A stretch of 64,000 bases of DNA from Candidatus Amphirhobacter heronislandensis. Lineage in GTDB: Bacteria > Pseudomonadota > Gammaproteobacteria > Tethybacterales > Tethybacteraceae. A model generated the notes under the pieces. It saw only the letters and a program-made list of their open reading frames with translations. It searched no databases and was not told where the DNA came from. The position numbers and the translations under genes are program-made. The stretch is from the NCBI GenBank assembly GCA_001750625.1, contig MEIE01000003.1, positions 4,852 to 68,851 of the forward strand, written 5' to 3'. Below are positions 28,749-39,010 of the stretch, in pieces. Positions within the stretch are counted from its first letter, which is position 1; every line of letters begins with the position of its first letter.

Positions 28749-29453
28749 ATGGACCAGCAAGCCGAAATCACCTCCATCATCCTCAGCTCCTTCGCGGCGT
28801 TCTGGGAGACGGTGCTGGGATTCCTGCCCAAGGTCATCGCGACCTTCCTCATCCTCGTGGTCGGCATCCTGCTGGCGAAGGCGGCGCGGATCGTGGTCAG
28901 CCGCCTTTTGCAGCTGTTCCGCTTCGACCAGCTGGTCGAGAAGACCGGCCTGGAGTCGTACATCATCGGCAGCGACTACAACATCCGCTTCTCGGGCCTG
29001 ATCTCGGGAACCATCTACTGGCTGATCATCCTGATGATGATCACCTCGATCGCCGAGCTGCTGGGCCTGCAGGTGATCTCGGACCTGTTCGAGAAGGTGG
29101 TGCTGTACCTGCCGAACATCATCCTCGCGATGGTGATCCTCATCATCGGCACGATCTTCTCCCGCATCGTCAATCGCTACGTCTTCAACAACCTCAAGGA
29201 GCTGTCGATGGACTTCGCGCTCAAGGTCGCGCTCGTCGCCGAGGTCGTGGTGCAGGTCTTCGTGTGGTTTTTGGCGCTCGAGCAGCTGCAGGTCAACACC
29301 ATCCTGCTTTTAGTGCTGTTCAGCTGCCTGATGGGCGCGGCGGCGCTGGCGGCGGCGCTGGCCTTCGGCCTCGCCGGCAAGGACCTGGCGGCCGAGATCC
29401 TCGTCCGCAGCCGGCGCGGCATCGAAAGCGGCATCGAAGAGGGCAGGAAATGA
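28749..29453 (+). CDS. Inner-membrane protein with repeated conserved TM-helix modules (CmpX-like)
   Basis: 234-aa ORF with four or five hydrophobic helices and a repeating LPxIIxAxxILIIG pattern. Codon usage is host-like. Confidence 0.5.
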   Translation: MDQQAEITSIILSSFAAFWETVLGFLPKVIATFLILVVGILLAKAARIVVSRLLQLFRFDQLVEKTGLESYIIGSDYNIRFSGLISGTIYWLIILMMITSIAELLGLQVISDLFEKVVLYLPNIILAMVILIIGTIFSRIVNRYVFNNLKELSMDFALKVALVAEVVVQVFVWFLALEQLQVNTILLLVLFSCLMGAAALAAALAFGLAGKDLAAEILVRSRRGIESGIEEGRK

Positions 29454-29476
29454 CGGCCGCGCGCGCCGGCGGGTGA

Positions 29477-30340
29477 ATGGCCGCCCGCAGCTGCGTGGCG
29501 CTGGCCGCCCGCATCCGCGGCCGCGACGCCCTGATTCAGATCGCCCAGGTCCTGCGGGAGCTGGACCACGATCCGGTCGTCGACGAGACCAGCGCCGCTA
29601 GCATCGGCGCCAAGGCCTGCCGCGAGCACGGCATCAAGGTCCGGCGTCCGGACGCCCGGCCGCGGCCGGTGCTCGCGATCGCCCTCGGCGGCGACGGCTC
29701 CTTCATCCAGATGGCGGGCCGCTACGCGCCGCAGCAGGTCCCGCTGATCGGGGTCAACCTCGGCCGCGTCGGCTTCTTGGCCGACATCCCGCACCACAAG
29801 ATGCGGCCGGGCATCGAGGCGGTCCTCAAGGGCCGCTACCGCGACGAAATGCGCATCATGCTGGCCGCGGAGCACTGGCGCGGCGGCCGCCGCCTCAGCG
29901 CCCACACCGTCATCAACGACGCCGTCATCGACCGCGGCGCCAGCGCCAGCTTGATCAGCATGGCGGTGCACATCGACCGGCAGGCCTCCTTCGAGCTGCG
30001 CGCCGACGGCCTGGTGGTGAGCACCCCGAGCGGCTCGACCGCCTACAGCATGTCGGCCGGCGGCCCGATCATCACGCCCGACTGCCGGGTGATCGCGATG
30101 ACGCCGATCAACCCGCATTCGCTCACCCACCGGCCGCTGGTCTTCGACGACCAGCGCCGCATCGAGGTCCGCGCCCTGAGCGAGGCGCGGCTGAGCGCCG
30201 ACGGCGGCGAGCCGCTGGAGCTGCGGCCCGAGGACACCGTGGTGATCAAGGCGCACCAAAAACAGATGACGATGCGCCATCCGATCGGCTACGACTACTT
30301 CGACACCCTGCGCACCAAGCTGTACTGGAGGCTGTCCTAG
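29477..30340 (+). CDS. nadK: NAD+ kinase
   Basis: 287-aa ORF with GGDGSFI, NLGRVGFLAD and STPSGSTAYSMSAGGPI. Confidence 0.85.
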   Translation: MAARSCVALAARIRGRDALIQIAQVLRELDHDPVVDETSAASIGAKACREHGIKVRRPDARPRPVLAIALGGDGSFIQMAGRYAPQQVPLIGVNLGRVGFLADIPHHKMRPGIEAVLKGRYRDEMRIMLAAEHWRGGRRLSAHTVINDAVIDRGASASLISMAVHIDRQASFELRADGLVVSTPSGSTAYSMSAGGPIITPDCRVIAMTPINPHSLTHRPLVFDDQRRIEVRALSEARLSADGGEPLELRPEDTVVIKAHQKQMTMRHPIGYDYFDTLRTKLYWRLS

Positions 30341-30342
30341 CG

Positions 30343-31989
30343 ATGCTGACGGCGGTCGAAGTCCGGGATTTCGTCAACATCGCGCACGCGCGCCTGCCGC
30401 TGCCGGCGGCCGGCTTCTGCGCCCTGACCGGCGAGACCGGCGTCGGCAAGTCGCTTTTGATCGACGCGCTGTCGGCCGCGCTCGGCCTCAAGCTGCGCCG
30501 CCGGCTGCTGCGCAAGGGCGCCGAGACGGCCGAAGTCGCGCTGTCCTTCGACCTCGCCGGCGCGGTGGGCGCCCTCAACCTGCTCAAGCGCCACGGCCTG
30601 GCCGCGCCCGGCGGCGAGCTGGTGGCGCGCCGCGTCATCGACGCCCAGGGCCGGTCGCGGGCCTACGTCAACGGCAGCCTGGTCGGCGTCGGCCAGCTCG
30701 CCGAGATCGTCGGCGGCCTGGTCGCGGTCTGCGGCCAGAACGAGCACGTCCGCCTCAAGCAGGCGGCGCGGCGCCGCGAGCTGCTCGACATGGCGGCCAA
30801 GGCGCTGCCGGACGCGGCGCTGGTCGCGGCCCGCCACGCCGAGCACCAGCAGGCCGCCGCGCGGCTGCAAGCGGCCGAGGAAGCCGCGGCGCAGGACGCC
30901 GAGCGGCTCGCCGAGCTGCAGGAGGAGCTGGCCGAGCTCGACGCGCTGGGCTTCGCGGCCGAGGCCTGGGAGGAGCAGAACCGCCTGTTGACCCAGCAGG
31001 AGAACATGGCCGAGATCGGCGAGCTGCGCCGCGAGCTTGACGCCGCGCTCGACGAGCTCGGGACCCGGCTCGCCCAGGCCCAGGAGCAGGGCAAGCGCCT
31101 CGCGACGCTGCTGCCCGCGGCCGAGGGCGTGGGCGAGGATCTCGCCGCCTTGAACGCCCTGGCCGCCGACGCGGCGCGGGCCTTGGCGAAGCTGGGCGAG
31201 GGCCTGGGCGAGGTCGACCGCGCCGCCCTCGAGGAGGCCGAGGCCTACGTCGCCGAGGCGCTGCGCCTGGCCCGCAAGCACCGTCTGCCCGATCCGACCG
31301 GCCTGCCGCAGCTGCGGGCGGACAAGGCGGCCGAGCTCGAGGAGCTCGGCGGCGGCGACGTCGAGGCCCTGCGCAAGGCGGCGGCCGCGGCGGTCGCAAG
31401 CTGGCAGGAAGCGGCAACGATTTTGAGCAAGAAGCGCCAGGCCGCGGCGCCGAAGCTGGCCAAACAGGTCCAGGACTCGCTGCGGCAGCTGGGGATGCCG
31501 GCGGCGCGCTTCGCGATCGAGCTGCCCGCGGCCGAAGGCGTGGCGCGGACCGGCGCCGAGGACGTGGCCTTCGGCTTCGCGGCGCGCAAGCAGGGCAAGC
31601 TGGGCGACCTGGGCGAGGTCGCCTCCGGCGGCGAGCTGTCGCGGCTGACGCTGGCGCTGTTCAGCCACGCCGGCGGCGACGGCGCGCGCGCGATGGTCTT
31701 CGACGAGGTCGACGCCGGCATCAGCGGCAAGACCGCGGCCCACGTCGGCTCGCTGCTGGCGAGCCTGGGCGCCGAGCGCCTGGTGCTGTGCGTGACCCAC
31801 CTGCCGCAGGTGGCGGCGGCCGCGGCGAGCCACTGGCTGGTGCGGGCGGACGAGGACGGCCTCGCGTCCTTCGAGCTCATCGAGGGGGCGGCGCGCGAGG
31901 AGGAGATCGCGCGCATGCTGGCGGGCAAGAAGATCACCGCCGCCAGCCGCAGCAACGCCAAAGAGATCCTGGCGACGGCGGCCGGCTGA
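30343..31989 (+). CDS. recN: DNA repair protein RecN
   Basis: 548-aa SMC-like ORF with N-terminal Walker A GETGVGKS, a long Ala/Glu/Leu coiled coil, signature ASGGELSR and Walker B MVFDEVD. Confidence 0.9.
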   Translation: MLTAVEVRDFVNIAHARLPLPAAGFCALTGETGVGKSLLIDALSAALGLKLRRRLLRKGAETAEVALSFDLAGAVGALNLLKRHGLAAPGGELVARRVIDAQGRSRAYVNGSLVGVGQLAEIVGGLVAVCGQNEHVRLKQAARRRELLDMAAKALPDAALVAARHAEHQQAAARLQAAEEAAAQDAERLAELQEELAELDALGFAAEAWEEQNRLLTQQENMAEIGELRRELDAALDELGTRLAQAQEQGKRLATLLPAAEGVGEDLAALNALAADAARALAKLGEGLGEVDRAALEEAEAYVAEALRLARKHRLPDPTGLPQLRADKAAELEELGGGDVEALRKAAAAAVASWQEAATILSKKRQAAAPKLAKQVQDSLRQLGMPAARFAIELPAAEGVARTGAEDVAFGFAARKQGKLGDLGEVASGGELSRLTLALFSHAGGDGARAMVFDEVDAGISGKTAAHVGSLLASLGAERLVLCVTHLPQVAAAAASHWLVRADEDGLASFELIEGAAREEEIARMLAGKKITAASRSNAKEILATAAG

Positions 31990-33212
31990 TGCTCTGGCTG
32001 CAGTGGGCCATCGGCCTGCGCTACACCCTGGTCGGCCGCGGCGACCGCTTCGTCGCCTTTTCGTCGCTGGTCTCGGCGATCGGCATCGCGCTGGGCGTCG
32101 CCGCCGTGATCGTGGTGATGGCGGTGATGAACGGCTTCCACATCAACCTGCGCGACCGCATCCTGCAGTCGTCCTCCCACGTCGAGGTCGACGCCGGCGG
32201 GGTGGCGGACTGGGAGGAGGTCCTCGGCCGCATCGAGGCCGACCCGCTGGTCGCGGCCGCCGCGCCGCAGATCGAGCGCCAGGGCCTGGTCGCGGCCGGC
32301 GACCGCGCCTACGGGGTCTTCCTGCGCGGCGTCGATCCGGCGCGCGCCGCCGGCGCCGCGCCCTTTTTGCACCAGCCCGACCTCGACCTGCTCGAGGCGG
32401 GCAGCTTCAAGGTGCTGCTGGGCGCGAAGCTCGCCGCCCGCCTGCGGGCCGGCCCCGGCGACGCGGTGGTGCTGTACGCGCCGGCGGCGGCGCCGACGCT
32501 CGGCGGGGCGCTGCCGCGCTTCCGGCGGCTGCAGGTCGCGGCGCTGGTCTCGGTCGGCGTCCACCAGCTCGACAACAGCAGCGCCTTCATCCACCATGAG
32601 GACGCGGCGCGGCTGTACCGCACCGGCGGCGGGGTCGATTCGCTGCGGCTGCGCCTGCACGACGTCTACGAGGCGCCGGCGCTGGCGCGGCGCCTGCAGG
32701 CCGACGAGGGGCTGCGCGCCTACGACTGGACCAGCAGCAACCAGGTGCTGTTCAGCGCGCTGGCGGTCGAGCGCCGGGTGATGTTCGTGATCCTGTCGCT
32801 CATCATCGCGGTCGCGGCCTTCCAGATCGTCGCGGCGCTGGTCGCGATGGTCCGCACCAAGCGCGGCGCGATCGCCATTTTGCGCACCATCGGCATGTCG
32901 CGGCGGGGCGTGGTCGGCATCTTCGTCATCCAGGGCATGCTCGTCGGCGTCGCCGGGACCGTCGCCGGCGTGCTGCTGGGCATCGCGGTCGCGGTCAACG
33001 TCGACGCCATCGTCAGCACCGTCGAGGGCTGGCTCGGCTTCGACTTCTTCCCGGGCGAGGTCTACCTGCTCGAGTCCATCCCCTCGGAGATCATCGCCGC
33101 CGAGGTCGCGGCGGTCGCGCTGCTGGCCTTCGGCCTCAGCCTGCTCGCCGCCTTCTTCCCATCGCTCGCCGCGGCGCGGGTGGATCCGGCCGAGGCGCTG
33201 CGCCATGAGTGA
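31989..33212 (+). CDS. lolC: Lipoprotein-releasing ABC transporter permease
   Basis: The ATG at 31989 overlaps the recN stop. This is a 407-aa FtsX/MacB-type permease (LRYTLVGRGDRFVAFSSLVSAIGIALGV). I cannot distinguish LolC from LolE. Confidence 0.8.
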   Translation: MLWLQWAIGLRYTLVGRGDRFVAFSSLVSAIGIALGVAAVIVVMAVMNGFHINLRDRILQSSSHVEVDAGGVADWEEVLGRIEADPLVAAAAPQIERQGLVAAGDRAYGVFLRGVDPARAAGAAPFLHQPDLDLLEAGSFKVLLGAKLAARLRAGPGDAVVLYAPAAAPTLGGALPRFRRLQVAALVSVGVHQLDNSSAFIHHEDAARLYRTGGGVDSLRLRLHDVYEAPALARRLQADEGLRAYDWTSSNQVLFSALAVERRVMFVILSLIIAVAAFQIVAALVAMVRTKRGAIAILRTIGMSRRGVVGIFVIQGMLVGVAGTVAGVLLGIAVAVNVDAIVSTVEGWLGFDFFPGEVYLLESIPSEIIAAEVAAVALLAFGLSLLAAFFPSLAAARVDPAEALRHE

Positions 33213-33894
33213 GGTCCTCGCCGCGCGCGGCCTGTCCAAGAGCTTCGCGGCCTCCGGCGGCCCCGAGGTCCTCGCCGGCGTCGACCTGTCCCTTGCCGCC
33301 GGCGCCTCGCTCGCGGTCACCGGCGCCTCGGGCTGCGGCAAGAGCACTTTGCTGCACATCGCCGGCGGCCTGGCGCGGCCGGACGAGGGGACGGTCATGA
33401 TCGACGGCGTCGCGCTCGCCGGGCTCGGCGGCGCGGCCCGCAGCCGGCTGCACAACCAAAAGCTGGGCTTCGTCTACCAGTTCCACCATCTGCTCGCCGA
33501 GTTCACCGCCGCCGAGAACGTCGCGATGCCGATGCTGGTCGCCGGGACCGGGCGGCGCGCCGCGCTCGCGCGGGCGACGGAGCTGCTCGGCGACTTCGGC
33601 CTCGCGGCGGCTGCGGCCCGGCACCCGGCGGCGCTGTCCGGCGGCGAGCGCCAGCGGGTCGCGATCGCGCGGGCGCTGGCGAACGGGCCGAAGCTGGTCA
33701 TCGCCGACGAGCCGACCGGCAACCTCGACGCCAAGGCGGCGGCGGGGGTGTTCGAGCTGCTTTTGCGCCAGTGCGCCGAGCGCGGCTGCGCGCTGCTCGC
33801 CGCGACCCACAACCTCGAACTCGCCGCGAATCTGGGCGCGGTGCGCCGGCTGCAGGGCGGCCGCCTTGAGCCCGCGGCGGCGGCCATGAATTAA
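33205..33894 (+). CDS. lolD: Lipoprotein-releasing ABC transporter ATP-binding protein
   Basis: Walker [10 protein letters not shown], signature [15 protein letters not shown] and Walker [13 protein letters not shown]. Confidence 0.9.
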   Translation: MSEVLAARGLSKSFAASGGPEVLAGVDLSLAAGASLAVTGASGCGKSTLLHIAGGLARPDEGTVMIDGVALAGLGGAARSRLHNQKLGFVYQFHHLLAEFTAAENVAMPMLVAGTGRRAALARATELLGDFGLAAAAARHPAALSGGERQRVAIARALANGPKLVIADEPTGNLDAKAAAGVFELLLRQCAERGCALLAATHNLELAANLGAVRRLQGGRLEPAAAAMN

Positions 33895-33916
33895 AATTCA
33901 AGGCTGGAGAGAGAAG

Positions 33917-35194
33917 ATGTTCATAACCAACGTGACCGCCCTCGAAGTCCTCGACTCGCGCGGCAACCCGACGGTCGAGGCGACCGTCCACCTGGCGGAC
34001 GGCAGCGTCGGCCGGGCCTGCGCGCCCTCGGGCGCCTCGACCGGCAGCAAGGAGGCCCTCGAGCTGCGCGACGGCGACCCCAAGCGCTTCGGCGGCAAGG
34101 GCGTCCGCAAGGCCTGCGCCGCGGTCACCGGCCGGCTGCGCAAGGCGGTGATGGACCTCGACGCCGAGGACCAGGAGCAGATCGACGCGCGGCTGCTCGC
34201 GGCCGACGGCACCGCCAACAAGGCCAAGCTGGGCGCGAACGCCATCCTCGCGGTCTCGCTGGCGGCGGCGAAGGCCGCGGCCGAATCGCAGGACCAGCCG
34301 CTGTACCGCCACCTCGGCGGCCGCCGCGCGCGGCTGCTGCCGGTGCCGATGCTCAACATCCTCAACGGCGGCGCCCACGCCAGCAACAACGTCGACGTCC
34401 AGGAGTTCATGGTGCTGCCGGCCGGCGCGCCGGACTTTGCCACCGCGCTGCGCTGGGGCGCCGAGATCTTCGCGGCGCTCAAGTCCCTGCTCGCCAAGCG
34501 CGGCATGCCGACTTCGGTCGGCGACGAGGGCGGCTTCGCGCCGGACGTCGACGGGGTCGCGGCGACGCTCGATCTGATCCTCGAGGCCATCGCCAAGGCC
34601 GGCCGCAAGCCCGGCAAGGACGTGTGGATCGCGCTCGACTGCGCCGCGAACGAGTTTTACGCCAAGGGGACCTACAACCTGCGGGCCGAGAACAAGCGCT
34701 GCAAGAGCGCGGAGTTCGCGAAGATGCTGGCCGGCTGGGCGAGCAAGTACCCGATCGCGAGCATCGAGGACGGCATGGCCGAGGGCGACTGGGCTGGCTG
34801 GAAGGCCCTGACCAAGGCCTGCGGCGATTCGACCCAGCTGGTCGGCGACGACCTGTTCGTCACCGACACGAAGCTGCTGGGCAAGGGCATCAAGGAGGGC
34901 GTCGCGAACGCCATCCTGGTCAAGCCCAACCAGTGCGGCAGCCTGACCGAGACCGAGGCGGCGGTGACGCTGGCGCAGGACAGCGGCTACGCGACGGTGA
35001 TGTCGCACCGCTCCGGCGAGACCGAGGACACCACCATCGCCGACCTGGCGGTCGCCTGGAGCTGCGGCCAGATCAAGACCGGCGCGCCGTCGCGCGGCGA
35101 GCGCACGGCGAAGTTCAACCGGCTGCTGCGGATCGAGCAGGAGCTCGGCCGGGCGGCGCGCTTCGCCGGACGTTCGGCCCTGCGGGGGCTGTGA
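33917..35194 (+). CDS. eno: Enolase
   Basis: 425-aa ORF starting [24 protein letters not shown], with [17 protein letters not shown]. Confidence 0.95.
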   Translation: MFITNVTALEVLDSRGNPTVEATVHLADGSVGRACAPSGASTGSKEALELRDGDPKRFGGKGVRKACAAVTGRLRKAVMDLDAEDQEQIDARLLAADGTANKAKLGANAILAVSLAAAKAAAESQDQPLYRHLGGRRARLLPVPMLNILNGGAHASNNVDVQEFMVLPAGAPDFATALRWGAEIFAALKSLLAKRGMPTSVGDEGGFAPDVDGVAATLDLILEAIAKAGRKPGKDVWIALDCAANEFYAKGTYNLRAENKRCKSAEFAKMLAGWASKYPIASIEDGMAEGDWAGWKALTKACGDSTQLVGDDLFVTDTKLLGKGIKEGVANAILVKPNQCGSLTETEAAVTLAQDSGYATVMSHRSGETEDTTIADLAVAWSCGQIKTGAPSRGERTAKFNRLLRIEQELGRAARFAGRSALRGL

Positions 35195-35204
35195 GGCGGA
35201 GAGC

Positions 35205-35498
35205 ATGGCCTGGCTGCGCCGGATCAGCGTCTATGAATGGGCCAGCGCGGCGCTGCTCGCGCTGCTGGCCGTCCTCGCCGTCCGCATCGCCGGCGACACC
35301 GGCTACGGGCGCATCGCGCTGCTCGAAGAAGAGATCGCCGAGCGGCGGGCCGAGGCCGACGCCTACCTGCAGCGCAACCAGCTGATCGCGGCCCAGCTGC
35401 AGAAGATCAAGAGCGACGCGGGCCAGGTCGAGGTCCTCGCGCGCTACCACTTCGGCATGATCAAGCCTGACGAGGTCTTCATCCAGACCGGGCGCTGA
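35205..35498 (+). CDS. ftsB: Cell division protein FtsB
   Basis: 97-aa ORF with an N-terminal TM helix and a coiled coil, in the conserved position after eno. It ends FGMIKPDEVFIQ. Confidence 0.8.
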   Translation: MAWLRRISVYEWASAALLALLAVLAVRIAGDTGYGRIALLEEEIAERRAEADAYLQRNQLIAAQLQKIKSDAGQVEVLARYHFGMIKPDEVFIQTGR

Positions 35499-35503
35499 GG
35501 TCA

Positions 35504-35594
35504 TGGCGGAGAGAGTGGGATTCGAACCCACGTGACGGTTGCCCGCCCATCTGATTTCGAGTCAGCGCCGTTATGACCACTTCGGTACCTCTCC
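35504..35594 (-). tRNA. tRNA-Ser (anticodon CGA)
   Basis: 91-nt minus-strand sequence GGAGAGGTACCGAAGTGG...CTCGAAA...GGGTTCGAATCCCACTCTCTCCGCCA. It has a long variable arm, the anticodon loop is C-T-CGA-A-A, and the CCA end is encoded. Confidence 0.9.
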
Positions 35595-35608
35595 GCGGCC
35601 AGGCGGCA

Positions 35609-35614
35609 ATTATA
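35609..35614 (-). promoter_or_regulatory. TATAAT -10 box for tRNA-Ser
   Basis: The minus strand reads GGGCTTATAATTGCC. The box ends 14 nt upstream of the tRNA 5' end. Confidence 0.4.
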
Positions 35615-35634
35615 AGCCCTTTGCGGGCTTTTTT
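35614..35634. terminator. Hairpin plus T-run, candidate bidirectional terminator
   Basis: AAGCCC-TTTGC-GGGCTT followed by TTTTC on the plus strand. On the minus strand the hairpin begins 4 nt after the stop of the 35635-36153 gene. Confidence 0.45.
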
Positions 35635-36153
35635 CTAAATCTGGCGCGAATCGTAGGCCCAGTGCAGCAGCGCCTGGCGCTGCCGCGGCCGGCAGGCGAG
35701 GTCGCCGGGGCGGCAGTTGCGGCGCACCTGGGCGACGTGCCGGGCGATCGCGCGCCAGCGGCCGATCTGGCGCTGGTCGTCCGCGCCGCGCCGGCCCTGG
35801 TGGTAGCGGCAGTACCACTGGAACCAGCCGCGCGGGTCGTCCGGATGGATCCAGCCCTTGGCGATCCACACCCGCAGCGGCTGCGAGGCGTTGACGCCGA
35901 AGCAGTTGAGCTTGGCGTCGCGCTTGCCGGCCGCCAGCTTGGCGCGCGCGAACCACGACGCGGGGAACTCGGCGCGGCAGTCGGTCATGTACTTGCCGCC
36001 GAACACGCCCAGGCGCAGCATCTGCGCCGGGGACAGCTCGGGCGCGAAGTCCGGGTCGAAGCCGCGGCCGGCCGGCGCGGTCAGCTCGTAGCGGTAACCG
36101 GACTGCATCAGGTCGTTGACGACGACGACGCGGGGGCTGGAACGGGGGGCCAT
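35635..36153 (-). CDS. Conserved hypothetical protein ([12 protein letters not shown]..DDxRQIxRW motif)
   Basis: 172-aa product from the ATG at 36153. It has a non-repetitive, Trp/Tyr-rich composition and host codon usage. I cannot name the family. Confidence 0.55.
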   Translation of the reverse strand: MAPRSSPRVVVVNDLMQSGYRYELTAPAGRGFDPDFAPELSPAQMLRLGVFGGKYMTDCRAEFPASWFARAKLAAGKRDAKLNCFGVNASQPLRVWIAKGWIHPDDPRGWFQWYCRYHQGRRGADDQRQIGRWRAIARHVAQVRRNCRPGDLACRPRQRQALLHWAYDSRQI

Positions 36154-36203
36154 GGGGGCAAATTGTAGAATCAATCCCCTTTTTAACCCCCAGGGGAGCA
36201 GAG

Positions 36204-37481
36204 ATGACGACCAGCACGCCCGTCCGCCCGGCTTTCGGCGCGGAGCCCCTCGCGGCCGCCGACCCGGAACTGGCGGCGGCGCTCGAGCGCGAGCGCGTCC
36301 GCCAGGAGACCCACGTCGAGCTGATCGCCTCGGAAAACTACGCCTCGCCGCAGGTGATGGAGGCCTGCGGCGGCTTCCTGACGAACAAATACGCGGAGGG
36401 CTATCCGGGCCGGCGCTACTACGGCGGCTGCCAGCACGTCGACGAGGTCGAGCGCCTCGCGATCGAGCGCTGCCGGGAGCTGTTCGGCTGCGAGTACGTC
36501 AACGTCCAGCCGCACTCGGGCTCGCAGGCCAACCAGGCGGTGATGCTCGCCGCCTGCAAGCCGGGCGACACGATCATGGGGATGTCGCTGCCGGCCGGCG
36601 GCCACCTGTCGCACGGCACCAAGGTCAACGTCAGCGGCAAGCTGTACAACGCGGTCGGCTACGGCCTCGACCCGGCGACCGAGGAGATCGATTACGCGGC
36701 GATGGAGAGCCTGGCGCGCGAGCACCAGCCGAAGCTGATCGTCTGCGGCGCTTCGGCCTACGCGCTGCCGATCGACTGGCAGCGGGTCCGCGCCATCGCC
36801 GACGAGGTCGGCGCGCTGGTGCTGGCCGACATCGCCCACTACGCCGGCCTGGTCGCCGGCGGCGTCTACCCCAGCCCGGTCGGCTGCGCGCAGTTCGTCA
36901 CGACCACCACCCACAAGAGCCTGCGCGGGCCGCGCGGCGGCCTGATCATGGCCGAGGAGAAGTACGCCAAGAAGCTCAACTCGGCGGTCTTCCCCGGCAT
37001 GCAGGGCGGTCCGCTGATGCACATCGTCGCGGCCAAGGCGGTCGCCTTCGGCGAGGCGCTGCGGCCCGAGTTCAAGGACTACTGCCGCCAGGTGGTCGCG
37101 AACGCCCAGGCCTTCGCCGCCGAGCTTACCGAACAGGGCCTGCGCATCGTCTCGGGCCGGACCGAATCGCACGTCTTCCTGGTCGACCTCACGCCGCTCG
37201 ACGTCACCGGCAAGGACGCCGAGGAAGCCCTCGACCGCGCCCACATAACCTTGAACAAGAACGCGATCCCGAACGACCCGCGGCCGCCGATGGAGGCCTC
37301 GGGGGTGCGGATCGGCACGCCGGCGGCGACCACCCGCGGCTTCGGCGAGGAAGAGTGCCGCCAGGTGGCGCGGCTGATGGTCGAAGTGCTGCGCGGCCTT
37401 GGCGACGCGGCGGTGGAACAAAAAGCGGCGCGCGCGATCGAAGAGCTCTGCGCGGCCCATCCGGTCTATGAAATGTCCTAA
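36204..37481 (+). CDS. glyA: Serine hydroxymethyltransferase
   Basis: 425-aa ORF with LIASENY, the PLP site [14 protein letters not shown], and a TAGAAT box at 36166-36171. Confidence 0.95.
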   Translation: MTTSTPVRPAFGAEPLAAADPELAAALERERVRQETHVELIASENYASPQVMEACGGFLTNKYAEGYPGRRYYGGCQHVDEVERLAIERCRELFGCEYVNVQPHSGSQANQAVMLAACKPGDTIMGMSLPAGGHLSHGTKVNVSGKLYNAVGYGLDPATEEIDYAAMESLAREHQPKLIVCGASAYALPIDWQRVRAIADEVGALVLADIAHYAGLVAGGVYPSPVGCAQFVTTTTHKSLRGPRGGLIMAEEKYAKKLNSAVFPGMQGGPLMHIVAAKAVAFGEALRPEFKDYCRQVVANAQAFAAELTEQGLRIVSGRTESHVFLVDLTPLDVTGKDAEEALDRAHITLNKNAIPNDPRPPMEASGVRIGTPAATTRGFGEEECRQVARLMVEVLRGLGDAAVEQKAARAIEELCAAHPVYEMS

Positions 37482-37926
37482 GTGCCACCACGAGCGCAGC
37501 CAGGTCATCGACTCGCGCTCGATGCACGACGGCAGCTCCAAGCGCCGCCGCCGCGAGTGCGAAAGCTGCGGCCACCGCTTCTCGACCTCGGAGGTCTACG
37601 GCCTGCACGCCAACGACCTGCCGTTGCTGTCGTCGCGGCTGCGCAAGCGCGGCGGCCACGAGGAGGACTTCGACTCGAACAAGCTGCGGGTGAGCATCGA
37701 CCGCGCCTGCCGGCGCCGCAAGGTGGACGCGGCCCAGGCCGAGGAGGCCTTCGACCAGGTCCTGCAGGCGGTCCGCGACCGCCGCGGCAAGGCCATCGAC
37801 GTCGACGACCTGGCGCGCTGGACCTTCAAGGCCCTGCTGCAGGTCGACCGGATGGCGGCGACGAGCTACGCGGCCAGCTACATGGAATGGGACACGCCCG
37901 AGGAGTTCTTCCGCTACACCAAGTAG
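37468..37926 (+). CDS. nrdR: Transcriptional repressor NrdR
   Basis: Starts [17 protein letters not shown]...[10 protein letters not shown] (zinc ribbon) followed by an ATP-cone. It overlaps the glyA 3' end by 14 nt. Confidence 0.9.
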   Translation: MKCPKCHHERSQVIDSRSMHDGSSKRRRRECESCGHRFSTSEVYGLHANDLPLLSSRLRKRGGHEEDFDSNKLRVSIDRACRRRKVDAAQAEEAFDQVLQAVRDRRGKAIDVDDLARWTFKALLQVDRMAATSYAASYMEWDTPEEFFRYTK

Positions 37927-37942
37927 GGCGGCGGGACGGCGG

Positions 37943-39010
37943 ATGGACGACGAAGCCTGCATGCGGCGGGCGCTTGAGCTCGCGCGCCGCGGCCAGCGGA
38001 CCTGCACGCCCAACCCGATGGTCGGCTGCGTCATCGCCAAGGACGGCGAAGTCGTCGCCGAGGGCTGGCACGCCAAAGCCGGCGGCCCGCACGCCGAGGC
38101 GGTCGCCTTGGAGCAGGCCGGCGCGGCGGCGGCGGGGGCGACGGTGTACGTGACGCTCGAGCCCTGCGCCCACCAGGGCCGGACGCCGCCCTGCACCGCG
38201 GCGCTGGCGGCGGCGCGGCCGGCGCGGCTGGTCGCCGCGGCGCGCGATCCCAACCCGCAGGTCGACGGCCAAGGCCTCGCCGCGCTGCAAGAGGCGGGCA
38301 TCGCCTGCGAGGAAGGCCTGCTGGCGGACGATGCCCGGGCGCTGAACCGCGGTTTTTTCCAGCGCATGGAAAAAGGCCGGCCCTGGGTGACGCTCAAGAC
38401 AGCGATGACGCTGGACGGCCGCAGCGCCTTGGCGGACGGCGCGAGCAAATGGCTGACCGGGCCGGCGGCGCGGCGCCGGGTCCATGAGATGCGGGCGGCG
38501 AGCTGCGCGGTGCTCACCGGCTGCGGGACCGCGCTCGCCGACGACCCGCTGCTGACCGCCCGCGACGTCGACGCGCCGCGGCAGCCGCGCCGGTTCCTGC
38601 TCGACGCCGAGCTGCGCAGCGCCGGCAAGGGCCTGCGGCTGCTCGAGGACGAGCTGGTGATCGCGACCGCGAAGCCGCGCCCGGCGGACCTGCCGGCGCA
38701 CGTCGAGCTGCTGGACGTGGAGCTGGCCGACGGCAAGGCGGACCTCGCCGCGCTGCTGCGGGCGATGGCGGCGCGCTGGGAGATCAACGAGCTGCTGCTC
38801 GAATGCGGCGCGCGGCTCGCGGGCGCCTTCGTCAAGGCGGACCTGGTCGACGAAATCAAGTTGTTCGTCGCGCCCAAGTACCTCGGCGCCGGCCTCGCCT
38901 CCTGCGATTTCGCCGGCGTGGCGAAGATCGCGGACGCGCCGGGCTACCGCTTCGCCGGCGTCGAGCTCATCGAGGACGACGCGCTGCTGAGCATGGAGCG
39001 GGCGGCGTGA
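37943..39010 (+). CDS. ribD: Bifunctional riboflavin biosynthesis deaminase/reductase
   Basis: Deaminase zinc motifs HAEAVAL and TLEPCAHQGRTPPC, with a C-terminal reductase domain. Confidence 0.9.
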   Translation: MDDEACMRRALELARRGQRTCTPNPMVGCVIAKDGEVVAEGWHAKAGGPHAEAVALEQAGAAAAGATVYVTLEPCAHQGRTPPCTAALAAARPARLVAAARDPNPQVDGQGLAALQEAGIACEEGLLADDARALNRGFFQRMEKGRPWVTLKTAMTLDGRSALADGASKWLTGPAARRRVHEMRAASCAVLTGCGTALADDPLLTARDVDAPRQPRRFLLDAELRSAGKGLRLLEDELVIATAKPRPADLPAHVELLDVELADGKADLAALLRAMAARWEINELLLECGARLAGAFVKADLVDEIKLFVAPKYLGAGLASCDFAGVAKIADAPGYRFAGVELIEDDALLSMERAA

